64,000 nt of DNA from the NCBI GenBank assembly GCA_050174015.1, contig JBFXKG010000003.1, forward strand, positions 32,001 to 96,000, read 5' to 3'. Each line of letters opens with the position of its first letter. Positions within the stretch are counted from its first letter, which is position 1. The notes under the pieces are model-generated. The model saw only the letters and a program-made list of their open reading frames with translations. It made no database searches and had not been told where the DNA came from. Made by a program: the position numbers and the translations under genes. This DNA is from Candidatus Krumholzibacteriia bacterium (lineage in GTDB: Bacteria; Krumholzibacteriota; Krumholzibacteriia; LZORAL124-64-63). Positions 9,470 through 18,304 of the stretch are shown one piece after another.

Positions 9470-9617
9470 CCCCCCGGGGGACCAACTTCCTCGAAAACGG
9501 GCTCCAATCAACACTTTGGAGGCGATTTTATCCTTGGGGACCATTCCGGCGCCTTGTGTCCCCCAACCTCCCGTGCTAGGGTCGAGAGGGAATCCCGGTC
9601 CAGCCAACCCTGACCCG
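9470..9617 (+). repeat. ~150-bp direct repeat, copy B (probable promoter region of yddG)
   Basis: Matches 7611-7765; TTGTGT-N17-TAGGGT; lies directly upstream of the CDS at 9635. Confidence 0.85.
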
Positions 9618-9634
9618 AAGGCGGTCGGCCTCCC

Positions 9635-10567
9635 TTGGCGATCCATTCCGATCCCACAGCCACCCTGGGCGGATTCGGCGCCATCCTGCTGTGGAGCACC
9701 ACCGTGGCGGTGGCCCGCAGCCTGACCGAGTCCCTGGGACCGCTGACGGCCGGCGCGGCGGTCTTCTCGGCGAGCGGGCTCCTCGCCGTCGGGCTGGGCG
9801 GCCGCAGGCAGGCGACCTGGCGGGCGATCCTCCGCCAGCCACGCCCGTACCTGGCAGGATGCGGCCTGCTCTTCGTGGCCTACATGGTCCTGCTGTTCCT
9901 GGCCGTCGGCGGCGCGCACTCGCGCCAGCAGACCCTCGAGATCGGTTTGCTGAACTACCTTTGGCCCGTTATGACGGTCGTCCTATCGATCCCCTTGCTC
10001 GGCCGGAAGTGGGGATGGCTGCTGCCGCCGGGGGTCATCTTCGCCCTCGGGGGGATGGTCCTGATAGTTACCCAGGGCGGCCCGGTGTCCTGGTCCGGGT
10101 TTAAGACGAACTTCCTAACCAACCCCGGGGCCTACGGCATGGCCCTCGCCGCGGCGTTATGCTGGGCTTTGTATTCCAACCTGACCCACCGCTTCGCACC
10201 GGGCGCCAGGGATGGCGCCGTCCAGCTGTTCCTCCCAGTGACCGCCCTGGTCCTGCTTGCCGCCGCCTTGGGCGTGGACGAGCCCCGCGCGTGGTCCTGG
10301 CGGGCCGCCGCCGAGGCGGCCTTCCTGGGGACGGCCACCTACCTGGCTTACGGCCTCTGGGATGCGGCCATGCGCCGGGGCAATGTTATCAAGATCGGTA
10401 TAGCATCCTATGCGACGCCCTTGATATCCACCCTGGTCAGCCTGGCCTATCTCCGCGTCACCCCTGGGCTCTCCCTGTGGGTCGGCTGCGCGGCCCTGGT
10501 GCTGGGAGCCGTCATGAGCTGGGCGGGAGTGTCCCGCGGAGCAGGGGCGAAAACCCGCCGACCCTGA
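9635..10567 (+). CDS. yddG: EamA/DMT transporter, YddG-like aromatic amino acid exporter
   Basis: 'ATLGGFGAILLWSTTVAVARSLTESLGP', 'EIGLLNYLWP', about 10 TM helices. Confidence 0.8.
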   Translation: MAIHSDPTATLGGFGAILLWSTTVAVARSLTESLGPLTAGAAVFSASGLLAVGLGGRRQATWRAILRQPRPYLAGCGLLFVAYMVLLFLAVGGAHSRQQTLEIGLLNYLWPVMTVVLSIPLLGRKWGWLLPPGVIFALGGMVLIVTQGGPVSWSGFKTNFLTNPGAYGMALAAALCWALYSNLTHRFAPGARDGAVQLFLPVTALVLLAAALGVDEPRAWSWRAAAEAAFLGTATYLAYGLWDAAMRRGNVIKIGIASYATPLISTLVSLAYLRVTPGLSLWVGCAALVLGAVMSWAGVSRGAGAKTRRP

Positions 10568-10610
10568 CGTGCGGGGAAACATCACGGCGGTCGCCTCGTA
10601 TGATCCCCCA

Positions 10611-10639
10611 TTGCCCCACGGCCGTCCTCCCGCTAGGAT
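10611..10639 (+). promoter_or_regulatory. Putative sigma70 promoter of the ABC operon
   Basis: TTGCCC-N17-TAGGAT. Confidence 0.45.
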
Positions 10640-10804
10640 GGCCGGACGGAGATGGTTGGCCCGGCGCATCTCGCCCGCCGGCCGCGATCGTCGGGTGTCG
10701 ATTTCGACGCCGAGGCGATCCGGCCCGGCCGGGATCCCGGGTCGAGGGAGGGACCATCGGCCGCTCACCGGAACACTCCCGCACGACTTCCAATCGAGGA
10801 CGCC

Positions 10805-11743
10805 ATGGCTCCAGTGCTTGAAGTGCGCGCCCTGCGCAAGGTCTTCGGCGACCTGACCGCCGTCGACGGCATCTCGTTCACGGTGAACGAGGGCGAGATC
10901 TACGGGTTTCTCGGCCCCAACGGGGCGGGCAAGACCACCAGCATCAGCATGATCTGCGGCCTGCTCGAGCCCACCGAGGGCGAGGTGCTGGTGCAGGGGA
11001 TCGGCATCCGGGAGAATCCCCGCGAGGTCAAGCGCCGCCTGGGGGTGGTGCCCCAGGAAGTGGCCGTCTACGAGGAGCTGTCCGCCAGGCAGAACCTGGA
11101 CTTCTGGGGCGGCATCTTCGGCCTCCGCGGAGGGATCCTGAAGAGGCGGGTGGCCGAGCTGCTCGAGCAGGTCGGTCTGGAGGACCGCGCGGACGAGCCG
11201 GTGAAGAACTTCTCGGGCGGGATGAAGCGGCGCCTGAACCTGGCCATGGGACTGGTGCACGATCCCCAGCTGATCCTGCTGGACGAGCCGACCGTGGGCA
11301 TCGATCCCCAGGCGCGGCACAAGATCCTGGACATCGTCAAGGAGGTCGTGGCCCAGGGGCGCACCGTGCTCTACACGACCCACTACCTGGAGGAGGCCGA
11401 GGACCTCTGCGACCGGCTGGCGGTGATCGACCACGGCCGCATCCTGGCCGAAGGAACCGTCGACCAGTTGAAGGCCCAGCTGGGCGAGGGCAGCCTGCTG
11501 ACGGTCCAGGGGCAGTTCTCCGCCGCCGCCCTGACCGCCGCCGCCGCGCGGGTCGCGGGCCTGCAGCCGGTGGAGATCGCCGACGGCCGAGGCATGCTCA
11601 TGGTGGGCAACGGGGGGCCGGGCGTCAGCCACACCCTCGAGGGGCTGTTCTCCGCCGGGCTCACCTTCGACGACATCAACATCAAGGAACCCAACCTCGA
11701 GGACCTGTTCCTCAAACTCACCGGCCGGGAGCTGCGGGATTGA
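10805..11743 (+). CDS. ABC-2 type exporter ATP-binding subunit
   Basis: Walker A 'GPNGAGKTT', signature 'FSGGMKRR', Walker B 'ILLDEPT'; ATG at 10805 follows GAGG. Confidence 0.93.
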   Translation: MAPVLEVRALRKVFGDLTAVDGISFTVNEGEIYGFLGPNGAGKTTSISMICGLLEPTEGEVLVQGIGIRENPREVKRRLGVVPQEVAVYEELSARQNLDFWGGIFGLRGGILKRRVAELLEQVGLEDRADEPVKNFSGGMKRRLNLAMGLVHDPQLILLDEPTVGIDPQARHKILDIVKEVVAQGRTVLYTTHYLEEAEDLCDRLAVIDHGRILAEGTVDQLKAQLGEGSLLTVQGQFSAAALTAAAARVAGLQPVEIADGRGMLMVGNGGPGVSHTLEGLFSAGLTFDDINIKEPNLEDLFLKLTGRELRD

Positions 11744-11777
11744 TGCGGAACGAAACGACGCGACGAGGGGGCCCCGC

Positions 11778-13037
11778 ATGTGGCCGCTGATCCGCAAGGA
11801 CCTGATGCGACGCTGGCGCAGCCCGGCCTCGACCCTGGTCATGGTGGCCTTCCCGCTGTTCATGAGCCTGGTGATGGGCATGGTGTTCGGCCGCGGGGGG
11901 AACGGGCAGGAGTTTCCGAGGATCCGCGTCCTGGTCGAGAACCGCGACGAGGGCGGATTCCTGGCCGACGCCCTGGTGGGCGCCCTGGGCCAGGAGCAGG
12001 GCCAGGAATACCTCGAAGTGGAGATCGTGGGCGAAGAGGGGGCGGCCCTGATGGAGGACGGCAAGGCCAGCGCCCTGGTGATCATCCCCGAGGGGTTCTC
12101 GACCGCCATCGTCGAGCGCAGGCCCACGGCCCTGAGCATCGTGCGCAATCCTTCGGAGGGCATCAAGCCCGAGATCATCGTCCAGGGCGGGGAGCTGGTC
12201 GCCGCCTATCTCGATCAGGGATCGCGGCTGCTGGGTGGGGAACTGGGGAACCTCCAGGAGATGATCAAGGCCGACGAGATGCCGGCCTCGGCCAAGGTGG
12301 GCGCCCTGGCCGCGCGGGTGATGGACCGCATCCGCGACGTGGAGAGCTACCTGTTCCCGCCGCTGGTGGGCATCGGCAGCGCCAAGGAACAGGACCCCGA
12401 CGCCGGGGAGGACGATCCCAGCGGGGGCGGCGTGTTCGGCTACATCCTGGTGATGACCACGGTGATGGCGCTGCTGTTCGTGGCCACCCGGTCGGTGGGC
12501 GACCTCTTCGAGGAGAAGAACAGCGGGATGCTGCGCCGGCAGGCCGCCACGCCGTTGCCGGTCGGGCAGATCATCACGGCGAAGTTCCTGTTCAGCGTGG
12601 TCCTGGGGCTGCTGGTGATGCTCATCCTCGCGGGGACGGGCCTGGCCCTGGGCTGGATCACCGCCCCGGCGGACCCGTTGGCCGCCCTGCTGCTGGGGCT
12701 GGCCTTCAACCTGGCGGCCTGCGGGTTGGTGGCCGTGCTCGTCGGGCTGGCTCGCAACGAGAAGCAGGCGGGGATCCTGTCCTGGCTCATCGTCATGGGC
12801 ATGGGCGCCCTGGGCGGCAGCCTGACCCCGGTGGACCAGATGCCGGCGGCCATGCAGGGCCTGGCCCGGTTCACCCTGAACCACTGGGCGATCGACGGCT
12901 TCAACCGCCTGATGTTCGACGATGCGAACCTGCAGGCGGTGGCGGGGAACATCCTGGTCCTGCTGGCCGCCGGCGGTGTCCTGACCCTGGCGGCCAACCT
13001 CCTTCTGGTCCGGCGCTTCAGGGAGATGACCTCATGA
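11778..13037 (+). CDS. ABC-2 type exporter permease
   Basis: N-terminal TM, large extracellular loop, 5 C-terminal TMs; in an operon with the ATPase. Confidence 0.88.
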   Translation: MWPLIRKDLMRRWRSPASTLVMVAFPLFMSLVMGMVFGRGGNGQEFPRIRVLVENRDEGGFLADALVGALGQEQGQEYLEVEIVGEEGAALMEDGKASALVIIPEGFSTAIVERRPTALSIVRNPSEGIKPEIIVQGGELVAAYLDQGSRLLGGELGNLQEMIKADEMPASAKVGALAARVMDRIRDVESYLFPPLVGIGSAKEQDPDAGEDDPSGGGVFGYILVMTTVMALLFVATRSVGDLFEEKNSGMLRRQAATPLPVGQIITAKFLFSVVLGLLVMLILAGTGLALGWITAPADPLAALLLGLAFNLAACGLVAVLVGLARNEKQAGILSWLIVMGMGALGGSLTPVDQMPAAMQGLARFTLNHWAIDGFNRLMFDDANLQAVAGNILVLLAAGGVLTLAANLLLVRRFREMTS

Positions 13038-14239
13038 GGCGCATCCTCCACCTCGCCCTGCACGACAGCCGTCTGTTCCTGGCGGCGCGGGAGAACTTCT
13101 TCTTCATGTTCATCATGCCCGTGCTGTTCATGCTGTTCTTCAGCGTGGTGCTGCGCGGCGGCGGGCCCGGCGACTTCCGGATCTCGCTCCAGGTCGTGGA
13201 CGGCGACGGCGGGTTCCTCGGCGAGGCGTTCATCGCCCAGCTCGAAACGGGGAAGTTCGACGTCCGGCGCCTGACTCCGGCCCAGGCCGACACCACCGAC
13301 TACATCCGGCGGCTGGTCATTCCCGAGGGCTTCGGCGCGGACGTGCTCGCGCGCCGCAAGACCGAGCTGGCGTTCACCAAGAAGTCGGATTCCAGCGTGG
13401 AGTACGACGCCGCGGCCGAGGTGCGCCTGCGCCAGGTGCAGGCCTCGTTCCTGGGCGCCTTGATCCTCTGGAACCGGGCGGCGCCGGATTCGGCGGCCCT
13501 GGCGGCGGGGACGGTCCCGGAACCGACGGAGCAGGAGAAGGCCGCCCTGCTGGCCCTGATCGCCGAGCCTCCCACGGTCACCGTCGAGCAGAGCTTCGCC
13601 GGGCAGGGCCGGCCCGTCCCCTCGGGCGCCGGACAGTCCGTGCCCGGGATGCTGGCCATGTTCGTGGTGATGATCGTGGCCATCGGCGGGTCCGAGACGC
13701 TCACGCGGGAAAAGCTGTCGGGCACCCTGGCGCGCCTGGCGACCACGACCTTCAGCCGCGGGGAGATCATCGCGGGCAAGCTTCTGCACCTGGGATTGGT
13801 GGGTTTCGTCCAGGCCCTGGTCCTGATGGCGGCGGGCCAGGCCATCGGCGCGATCGGCCTGTTCGGCATCGACTTCACCTGGGGTCCCCGGTTCTGGGTC
13901 ATCCTCGTGCTCCTGATCCCGTATTGCTACTCCGTGGCCGGGCTGACCCTCCTGCTGGGCGGATTGTTCCGCACAACGCAGCAGGCCGAGAGCCTGGCCT
14001 GGCTGGTGGGGATGATCTTCGCGGCCATGGGCGGCTGCTGGTGGCCCGCCGAGATCATGCCCACCGCGGCGCGCATCCTCGGCGGCTTCTTCCCCACCTA
14101 CTGGGCCATGGACGCCCTGCACGGGGTGGTCACCTTCGGGCGAGGACTCGAGGCCATCGCCCTGCCCTCGGTGATCCTGGTCCTCTATGGCGTCATCTTC
14201 TCCTGGCTCGGCTCCCGCACCATGAAGGTGAAGGGCTGA
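13034..14239 (+). CDS. ABC-2 type exporter permease
   Basis: ATGA overlap with the previous gene; 'REKLSGTLARL...GGCWWPAEIMP...PTYWAMDAL'. Confidence 0.88.
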   Translation: MRRILHLALHDSRLFLAARENFFFMFIMPVLFMLFFSVVLRGGGPGDFRISLQVVDGDGGFLGEAFIAQLETGKFDVRRLTPAQADTTDYIRRLVIPEGFGADVLARRKTELAFTKKSDSSVEYDAAAEVRLRQVQASFLGALILWNRAAPDSAALAAGTVPEPTEQEKAALLALIAEPPTVTVEQSFAGQGRPVPSGAGQSVPGMLAMFVVMIVAIGGSETLTREKLSGTLARLATTTFSRGEIIAGKLLHLGLVGFVQALVLMAAGQAIGAIGLFGIDFTWGPRFWVILVLLIPYCYSVAGLTLLLGGLFRTTQQAESLAWLVGMIFAAMGGCWWPAEIMPTAARILGGFFPTYWAMDALHGVVTFGRGLEAIALPSVILVLYGVIFSWLGSRTMKVKG

Positions 14240-14279
14240 TCGGCCGGCGGCGTGCCGGCGGCGAAAGGAACGCGGACCG

Positions 14280-15197
14280 ATGAGCGAAAGACGCGGATGC
14301 TTCAAGACCGGCTGCCTGGGATGTCTGGGTCTGCTGGGGGTCGTGATCCTGTTCTCCGTGATCATGGCCGGGCTGGCCTGGAAGAGCCTGGACGACCAGG
14401 AGCTCGTGGATGGGCAGTACCGGCCCGACTCGACCATGGTGGACGCCGGCGGCGGGGTGTTGCCGGAGGACTGGCGCAGCCGGCCCGGCCGCCTCATCCT
14501 GGAGCTGGGCCAGGGCGAGTTCGTCATCAGACCGGCGCCCGAGGGCGAGGGTCTGAGCGCACGCGCGCGGTTCGACTCGGAGGTCCACGCCATCGAGGAG
14601 AACTTCTCGGTCGAGCCCGATTCGACCTGGGTCTACGGTCTCCGCTTCCACCGGCACATGCCGGGGATGCAGGCGATGTTCCGGGCGATCCTCGGCGGCG
14701 ACACCGACGCCAGGGTCGAGGTCTTCATTCCCCGGGACGTTCCCATCATCCTCCAGTTGCTCGTGGAGGAGGGCGGGGGCGAGGCCGAACTCGGCGGCCT
14801 GTGGCTGACGGACGCCGACATCCGCTACAGCAAGGGCGGGTTCTCCCTGAACTTCGACGAGCCCCTGCGGGAACCCATGCGCAACCTGAGCATCCGCGGC
14901 AACATGGGCGGTTTCGAGGCGACGGGCCTGGGGCACGCCAGCCCGTCCCGGCTGGGAATCGACTGCCGGATGGGCGGCGCCGACGTCGATCTCAACGGTC
15001 TGTGGCTGCAGGATTGCGACATCGACCTGAAGATCCGCATGGGCGGGATGGGGGTCCGGGTGCCGCGCGACGTCCAGGTTTCGGGCGTGGAGGTCGGCGG
15101 CGGTCCGCTGGACATGCCCGACGGGGAGAGCCCGGTGCCCACCCTGCGGATGTCCACCGACATGAGCATGGGCGAAATCGAGGTGATCCGCCGATGA
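14280..15197 (+). CDS. Membrane-anchored hypothetical protein with a beta-solenoid-like C-terminus
   Basis: N-terminal TM; repeated '(M/L)GG..(V/L)D(L/F)' units; host-like codon usage. Confidence 0.7.
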   Translation: MSERRGCFKTGCLGCLGLLGVVILFSVIMAGLAWKSLDDQELVDGQYRPDSTMVDAGGGVLPEDWRSRPGRLILELGQGEFVIRPAPEGEGLSARARFDSEVHAIEENFSVEPDSTWVYGLRFHRHMPGMQAMFRAILGGDTDARVEVFIPRDVPIILQLLVEEGGGEAELGGLWLTDADIRYSKGGFSLNFDEPLREPMRNLSIRGNMGGFEATGLGHASPSRLGIDCRMGGADVDLNGLWLQDCDIDLKIRMGGMGVRVPRDVQVSGVEVGGGPLDMPDGESPVPTLRMSTDMSMGEIEVIRR

Positions 15198-15829
15198 ACC
15201 GATTCACGGAAATCCTGGCCACCGCCTTGCTGCTCGCGGCGCTGGCGGGATGCGCCTCCACCTCCGCCGGCCGCCGGAGCGCGGACCTGGACGTCCTGGT
15301 CGCCTGGATGACCGGCTCGTTCAGCAGCGGGGCGCAGGCCGAGACCGATCCCGACAACTACTACGACATCCGCCTGGAGATGGCTCCCATCTGGCCCGGG
15401 CGGACCGACGGCGCCTGGCTTTACGTCGAGCAGGCGGCGGCCTCGAGTCTGGACCGGCCCTACCGGCAGCGCGTCTACCGCGTCCACGAAGTCGAACCGG
15501 GCCTGTTCGCCAGCGAGGTCTACGAACTGCCCGATCCGGCCGCGGCCGTGGGCGCCTGGCGGGATCCGGCCCGGCTCGCGGGCCTGTCTCCGCAGGACCT
15601 GGTCTCGCGTGAAGGATGCGCCGTCTACCTCCGCCGGCAGAGCGACGGCTCCTTCACCGGCGGCACCCGCGACCGCGAGTGCGGCAGCAGCCTGCGCGGC
15701 GCAGCCTACGCCACCAGCGAGATCACCCTGCAGGGCAACCGGTTGGAGAGCTGGGACCGGGGCTGGGACGCGGCGGGGGTGCAGGTCTGGGGGGCGGAGA
15801 AGGGGCCGTACGTTTTCGTGAAGAGGTGA
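15194..15829 (+). CDS. CpcT/CpeT chromophore-lyase-family lipoprotein
   Basis: Lipobox 'LAGC'; 'WMTGSFSS..QA', 'WLYVEQA...RPYRQRVY', 'SWDRGWD..G.QVWGA.KGPY.F'. Confidence 0.82.
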   Translation: MNRFTEILATALLLAALAGCASTSAGRRSADLDVLVAWMTGSFSSGAQAETDPDNYYDIRLEMAPIWPGRTDGAWLYVEQAAASSLDRPYRQRVYRVHEVEPGLFASEVYELPDPAAAVGAWRDPARLAGLSPQDLVSREGCAVYLRRQSDGSFTGGTRDRECGSSLRGAAYATSEITLQGNRLESWDRGWDAAGVQVWGAEKGPYVFVKR

Positions 15830-15912
15830 GGGCCGACAAGGTGGCTTGTTGTCCCCCCTTCCAAAGCCACACGGTATATCGCAATGTTATGCAATAGAAG
15901 AGGAGTGAGTCG

Positions 15913-16404
15913 TTGAGCATTGCCGACTATATTGGTGTGGCCGGGTTCGCTCTCGCTGTTCTGACGTTCGCTCTCACTCGTTGGGAACGCAGGGTGCGAC
16001 TTGGATTCGAATTCTTTACCGATTGGGACAAGCGGTTTAGAGACGAGTTCGTTGGGGACAACGGCGACCCAATCGTAATCGCCCGCGTAATCAATACGGG
16101 CCAAGTGCCGGTGATTCTCGACCGTGAGAGTTTTGTGTTTCTCGGCGAGAAGAAAAGAGTTCCACAGTTCAATGCCGACTTTTTTGGAAAGGACGCAATC
16201 CCGGCGCCGCTGAACCCGGGACAGTGTCTAGAGGTTGGTATCCTTCTTGAGGCATTCGCTGGACTTGTTGAAGCAGGAGAGAAAGACATCGTTCCTCTCG
16301 GGCTTGAAGTTAAGGACGTGTCAGGTCGGACGTTTCGATCTAAAGACAAGTTCGAACTACTCATGGAAGTGCATGAGATTCAAACTAGAAACTGGCGATC
16401 GTAG
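15913..16404 (+). CDS. Cassette-borne hypothetical protein with an N-terminal TM helix
   Basis: AGGAG RBS, TTG start, 163 aa, atypical codon usage, fills the cassette. Confidence 0.75.
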   Translation: MSIADYIGVAGFALAVLTFALTRWERRVRLGFEFFTDWDKRFRDEFVGDNGDPIVIARVINTGQVPVILDRESFVFLGEKKRVPQFNADFFGKDAIPAPLNPGQCLEVGILLEAFAGLVEAGEKDIVPLGLEVKDVSGRTFRSKDKFELLMEVHEIQTRNWRS

Positions 16405-16408
16405 CGTT

Positions 16409-16506
16409 GCATAACTTGAGTTTGCAGCTGACAAAGCCATTCGTCACGCGCCTGGCTTGCGCCAGGCCCGCGCCAAATAGCTTTGCAGCTGAAACAGACG
16501 TTCGAT
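16409..16506 (+). other. attC recombination site (98 bp)
   Basis: R'' GCATAAC; GTTTGCAGCTG pairs with CAGCTGAAAC leaving an extra-helical G; AAAGC/GCTTT stem; GCCTGGC-ttgc-GCCAGGC central hairpin; R' GTTCGAT. Confidence 0.85.
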
Positions 16507-16531
16507 GGGCCCTTCCAGTTCGTAACCCCTT

Positions 16532-16573
16532 CGCCGCTCGGGGCGGGCCCCTTGGGGTTCGCTCCGAGCGGCG
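16532..16573 (+). terminator. Strong GC hairpin abutting the first CRISPR repeat
   Basis: CGCCGCTCGGGGCGGGCCCC-TT-GGGGTTCGCTCCGAGCGGCG, fully paired if G-U pairs are allowed; no U-tract. Confidence 0.45.
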
Positions 16574-17925
16574 CTGTGGATTGCCGGCAGGCTCTGATCA
16601 GTTACACTGAATTACCTGCGCATGATGGCGGCCCGTTTGTTGTGGATTGCCGGCAGGCTCTGATCAGTTACACTCTGTTGACGATGCCCCCGAAGTTGAA
16701 CGAGTTGTGGATTGCCGGCAGGCTCTGATCAGTTACACTCTCCTCCGCAAAACGGACACGGCTTCAGTTGTTGTGGATTGCCGGCAGGCTCTGATCAGTT
16801 ACACTTCCGGATCCCAAGGCTGTCTGCCAGATCTTGTTGTGGATTGCCGGCAGGCTCTGATCAGTTACACTCGAGGCCCTCCAATCCAAAGGCGCCAGCT
16901 TGTTGTGGATTGCCGGCAGGCTCTGATCAGTTACACTTTTCAGGAGTCCATGAACCAGGCGCTGAAGTTGTGGATTGCCGGCAGGCTCTGATCAGTTACA
17001 CTCTGGGCCGAAATCCTCGGAGGTCAGGCATGTTGTGGATTGCCGGCAGGCTCTGATCAGTTACACTGCCCCTGGAAAAGAAGAAGTGTACCCTCCTGTT
17101 GTGGATTGCCGGCAGGCTCTGATCAGTTACACTATCCTCCACGGCCTCCAGATCGGCGAGGATGTTGTGGATTGCCGGCAGGCTCTGATCAGTTACACTT
17201 TTCCATCTCCGCGACCGGGGCATCGGGGTGTTGTGGATTGCCGGCAGGCTCTGATCAGTTACACTCCGGGGAGATTAGTTAAAGTCACGGGTCAAGTTGT
17301 GGATTGCCGGCAGGCTCTGATCAGTTACACTTTACGTCACCGGATGGAAGGATTGACCTTGGTTGTGGATTGCCGGCAGGCTCTGATCAGTTACACTCCA
17401 CACCGCCGATGGTCAGCTGTTCGCCGTGTTGTGGATTGCCGGCAGGCTCTGATCAGTTACACTAGATCGGCGAGCGGTCCGAGATCGGCGCGTGTTGTGG
17501 ATTGCCGGCAGGCTCTGATCAGTTACACTCACCCACGCCGTTGAGAAGTGTCCAGCGGAGTTGTGGATTGCCGGCAGGCTCTGATCAGTTACACTCTTGC
17601 CCTTGAAGTCGCCCTCGTGCGCGTAGTTGTGGATTGCCGGCAGGCTCTGATCAGTTACACTCCTCGCCGGTGACGGTCGTGCTGCCGACCAGTTGTGGAT
17701 TGCCGGCAGGCTCTGATCAGTTACACTTCTCGCCGGGGTATACGGCGACACCCCATTGTTGTGGATTGCCGGCAGGCTCTGATCAGTTACACTAAGATAC
17801 GGGATTAACTGTGCGGCACGTTCGTTGTGGATTGCCGGCAGGCTCTGATCAGTTACACTGAATTGAAGAAACAATAGTATGATAACTTAGTTGTGGATTG
17901 CCGGCAGGCTCTGATCAGTTACACT
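16573..17925 (+). CRISPR. Type II-C CRISPR array: 21 x 36-bp repeats, 20 spacers of 29-30 bp
   Basis: Repeat GTTGTGGATTGCCGGCAGGCTCTGATCAGTTACACT; the first copy is degenerate (GCTGTGG...), so the cas2-proximal end is probably the acquisition end. Confidence 0.98.
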
Positions 17926-17928
17926 ACA

Positions 17929-17967
17929 CCCCCCTCAACCCCCTGAAAACAAGGCGGTTGAGGGGGG
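17929..17967. terminator. Hairpin between the array and cas2
   Basis: CCCCCCTCAACC...GGTTGAGGGGGG inverted repeat between convergent units. Confidence 0.6.
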
Positions 17968-17974
17968 CTCTTGA

Positions 17975-18304
17975 TCAGAAAAGCTGGATCTGATCGGGTT
18001 GTTTCTCGGCCTTCCTGGCCATTTTGCTCAGGAAGCATTCCATCATCCCATATTGCTTGTCGGTGAATTTCAGGATCCGAACCTGCCCGTTGGGGGGGAG
18101 GTTGTGCTTGACCCGTTTGACGTGGACGGCCGCGTTATCGTCCGTCGGGCATGGTCGGCTGTAAACGGAATATTGGATCATGTCGAATCCATCTTCGAGC
18201 AAAAACTTCCGGAACCCCGTCGCCGCCTTCCGTTGGGGCTTGGTCTTCACCGGCAAGTCGAACATGACGAGGACCCACATGGCTCGAAACCCGCTCAATG
18301 GCAT
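17975..18304 (-). CDS. cas2: CRISPR-associated endonuclease Cas2
   Basis: 'MWVLVMFDLPV...FRKFLLEDGFDMIQYSVYSR...FTDKQY'. Confidence 0.96.
   Translation of the reverse strand: MPLSGFRAMWVLVMFDLPVKTKPQRKAATGFRKFLLEDGFDMIQYSVYSRPCPTDDNAAVHVKRVKHNLPPNGQVRILKFTDKQYGMMECFLSKMARKAEKQPDQIQLF

Larger units (their letters stand above)
15886..16506 (+). mobile_element. Integron-type gene cassette (hypothetical gene) with attC
   Basis: Starts GTTATGCAA (15886-15894), the exact reverse complement of TTGCATAAC (16407-16415) just after the stop codon; low-GC gene. Confidence 0.82.

Noticed and set aside
8528..9470. DinB gene as a second complete cassette
   Set aside because: It begins right after the attC GTT, but I found no matching AGGCAAC R'' with paired L boxes downstream (only an isolated AAGCAAC near 9195).
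16407..17874. Multiple ORFs across the attC and CRISPR array
   Set aside because: They are translations of repeats ('VVDCRQALISYT'), not genes.
16609..17889. Self-targeting spacers
   Set aside because: No spacer match noticed elsewhere in the window by eye; not exhaustively searched.
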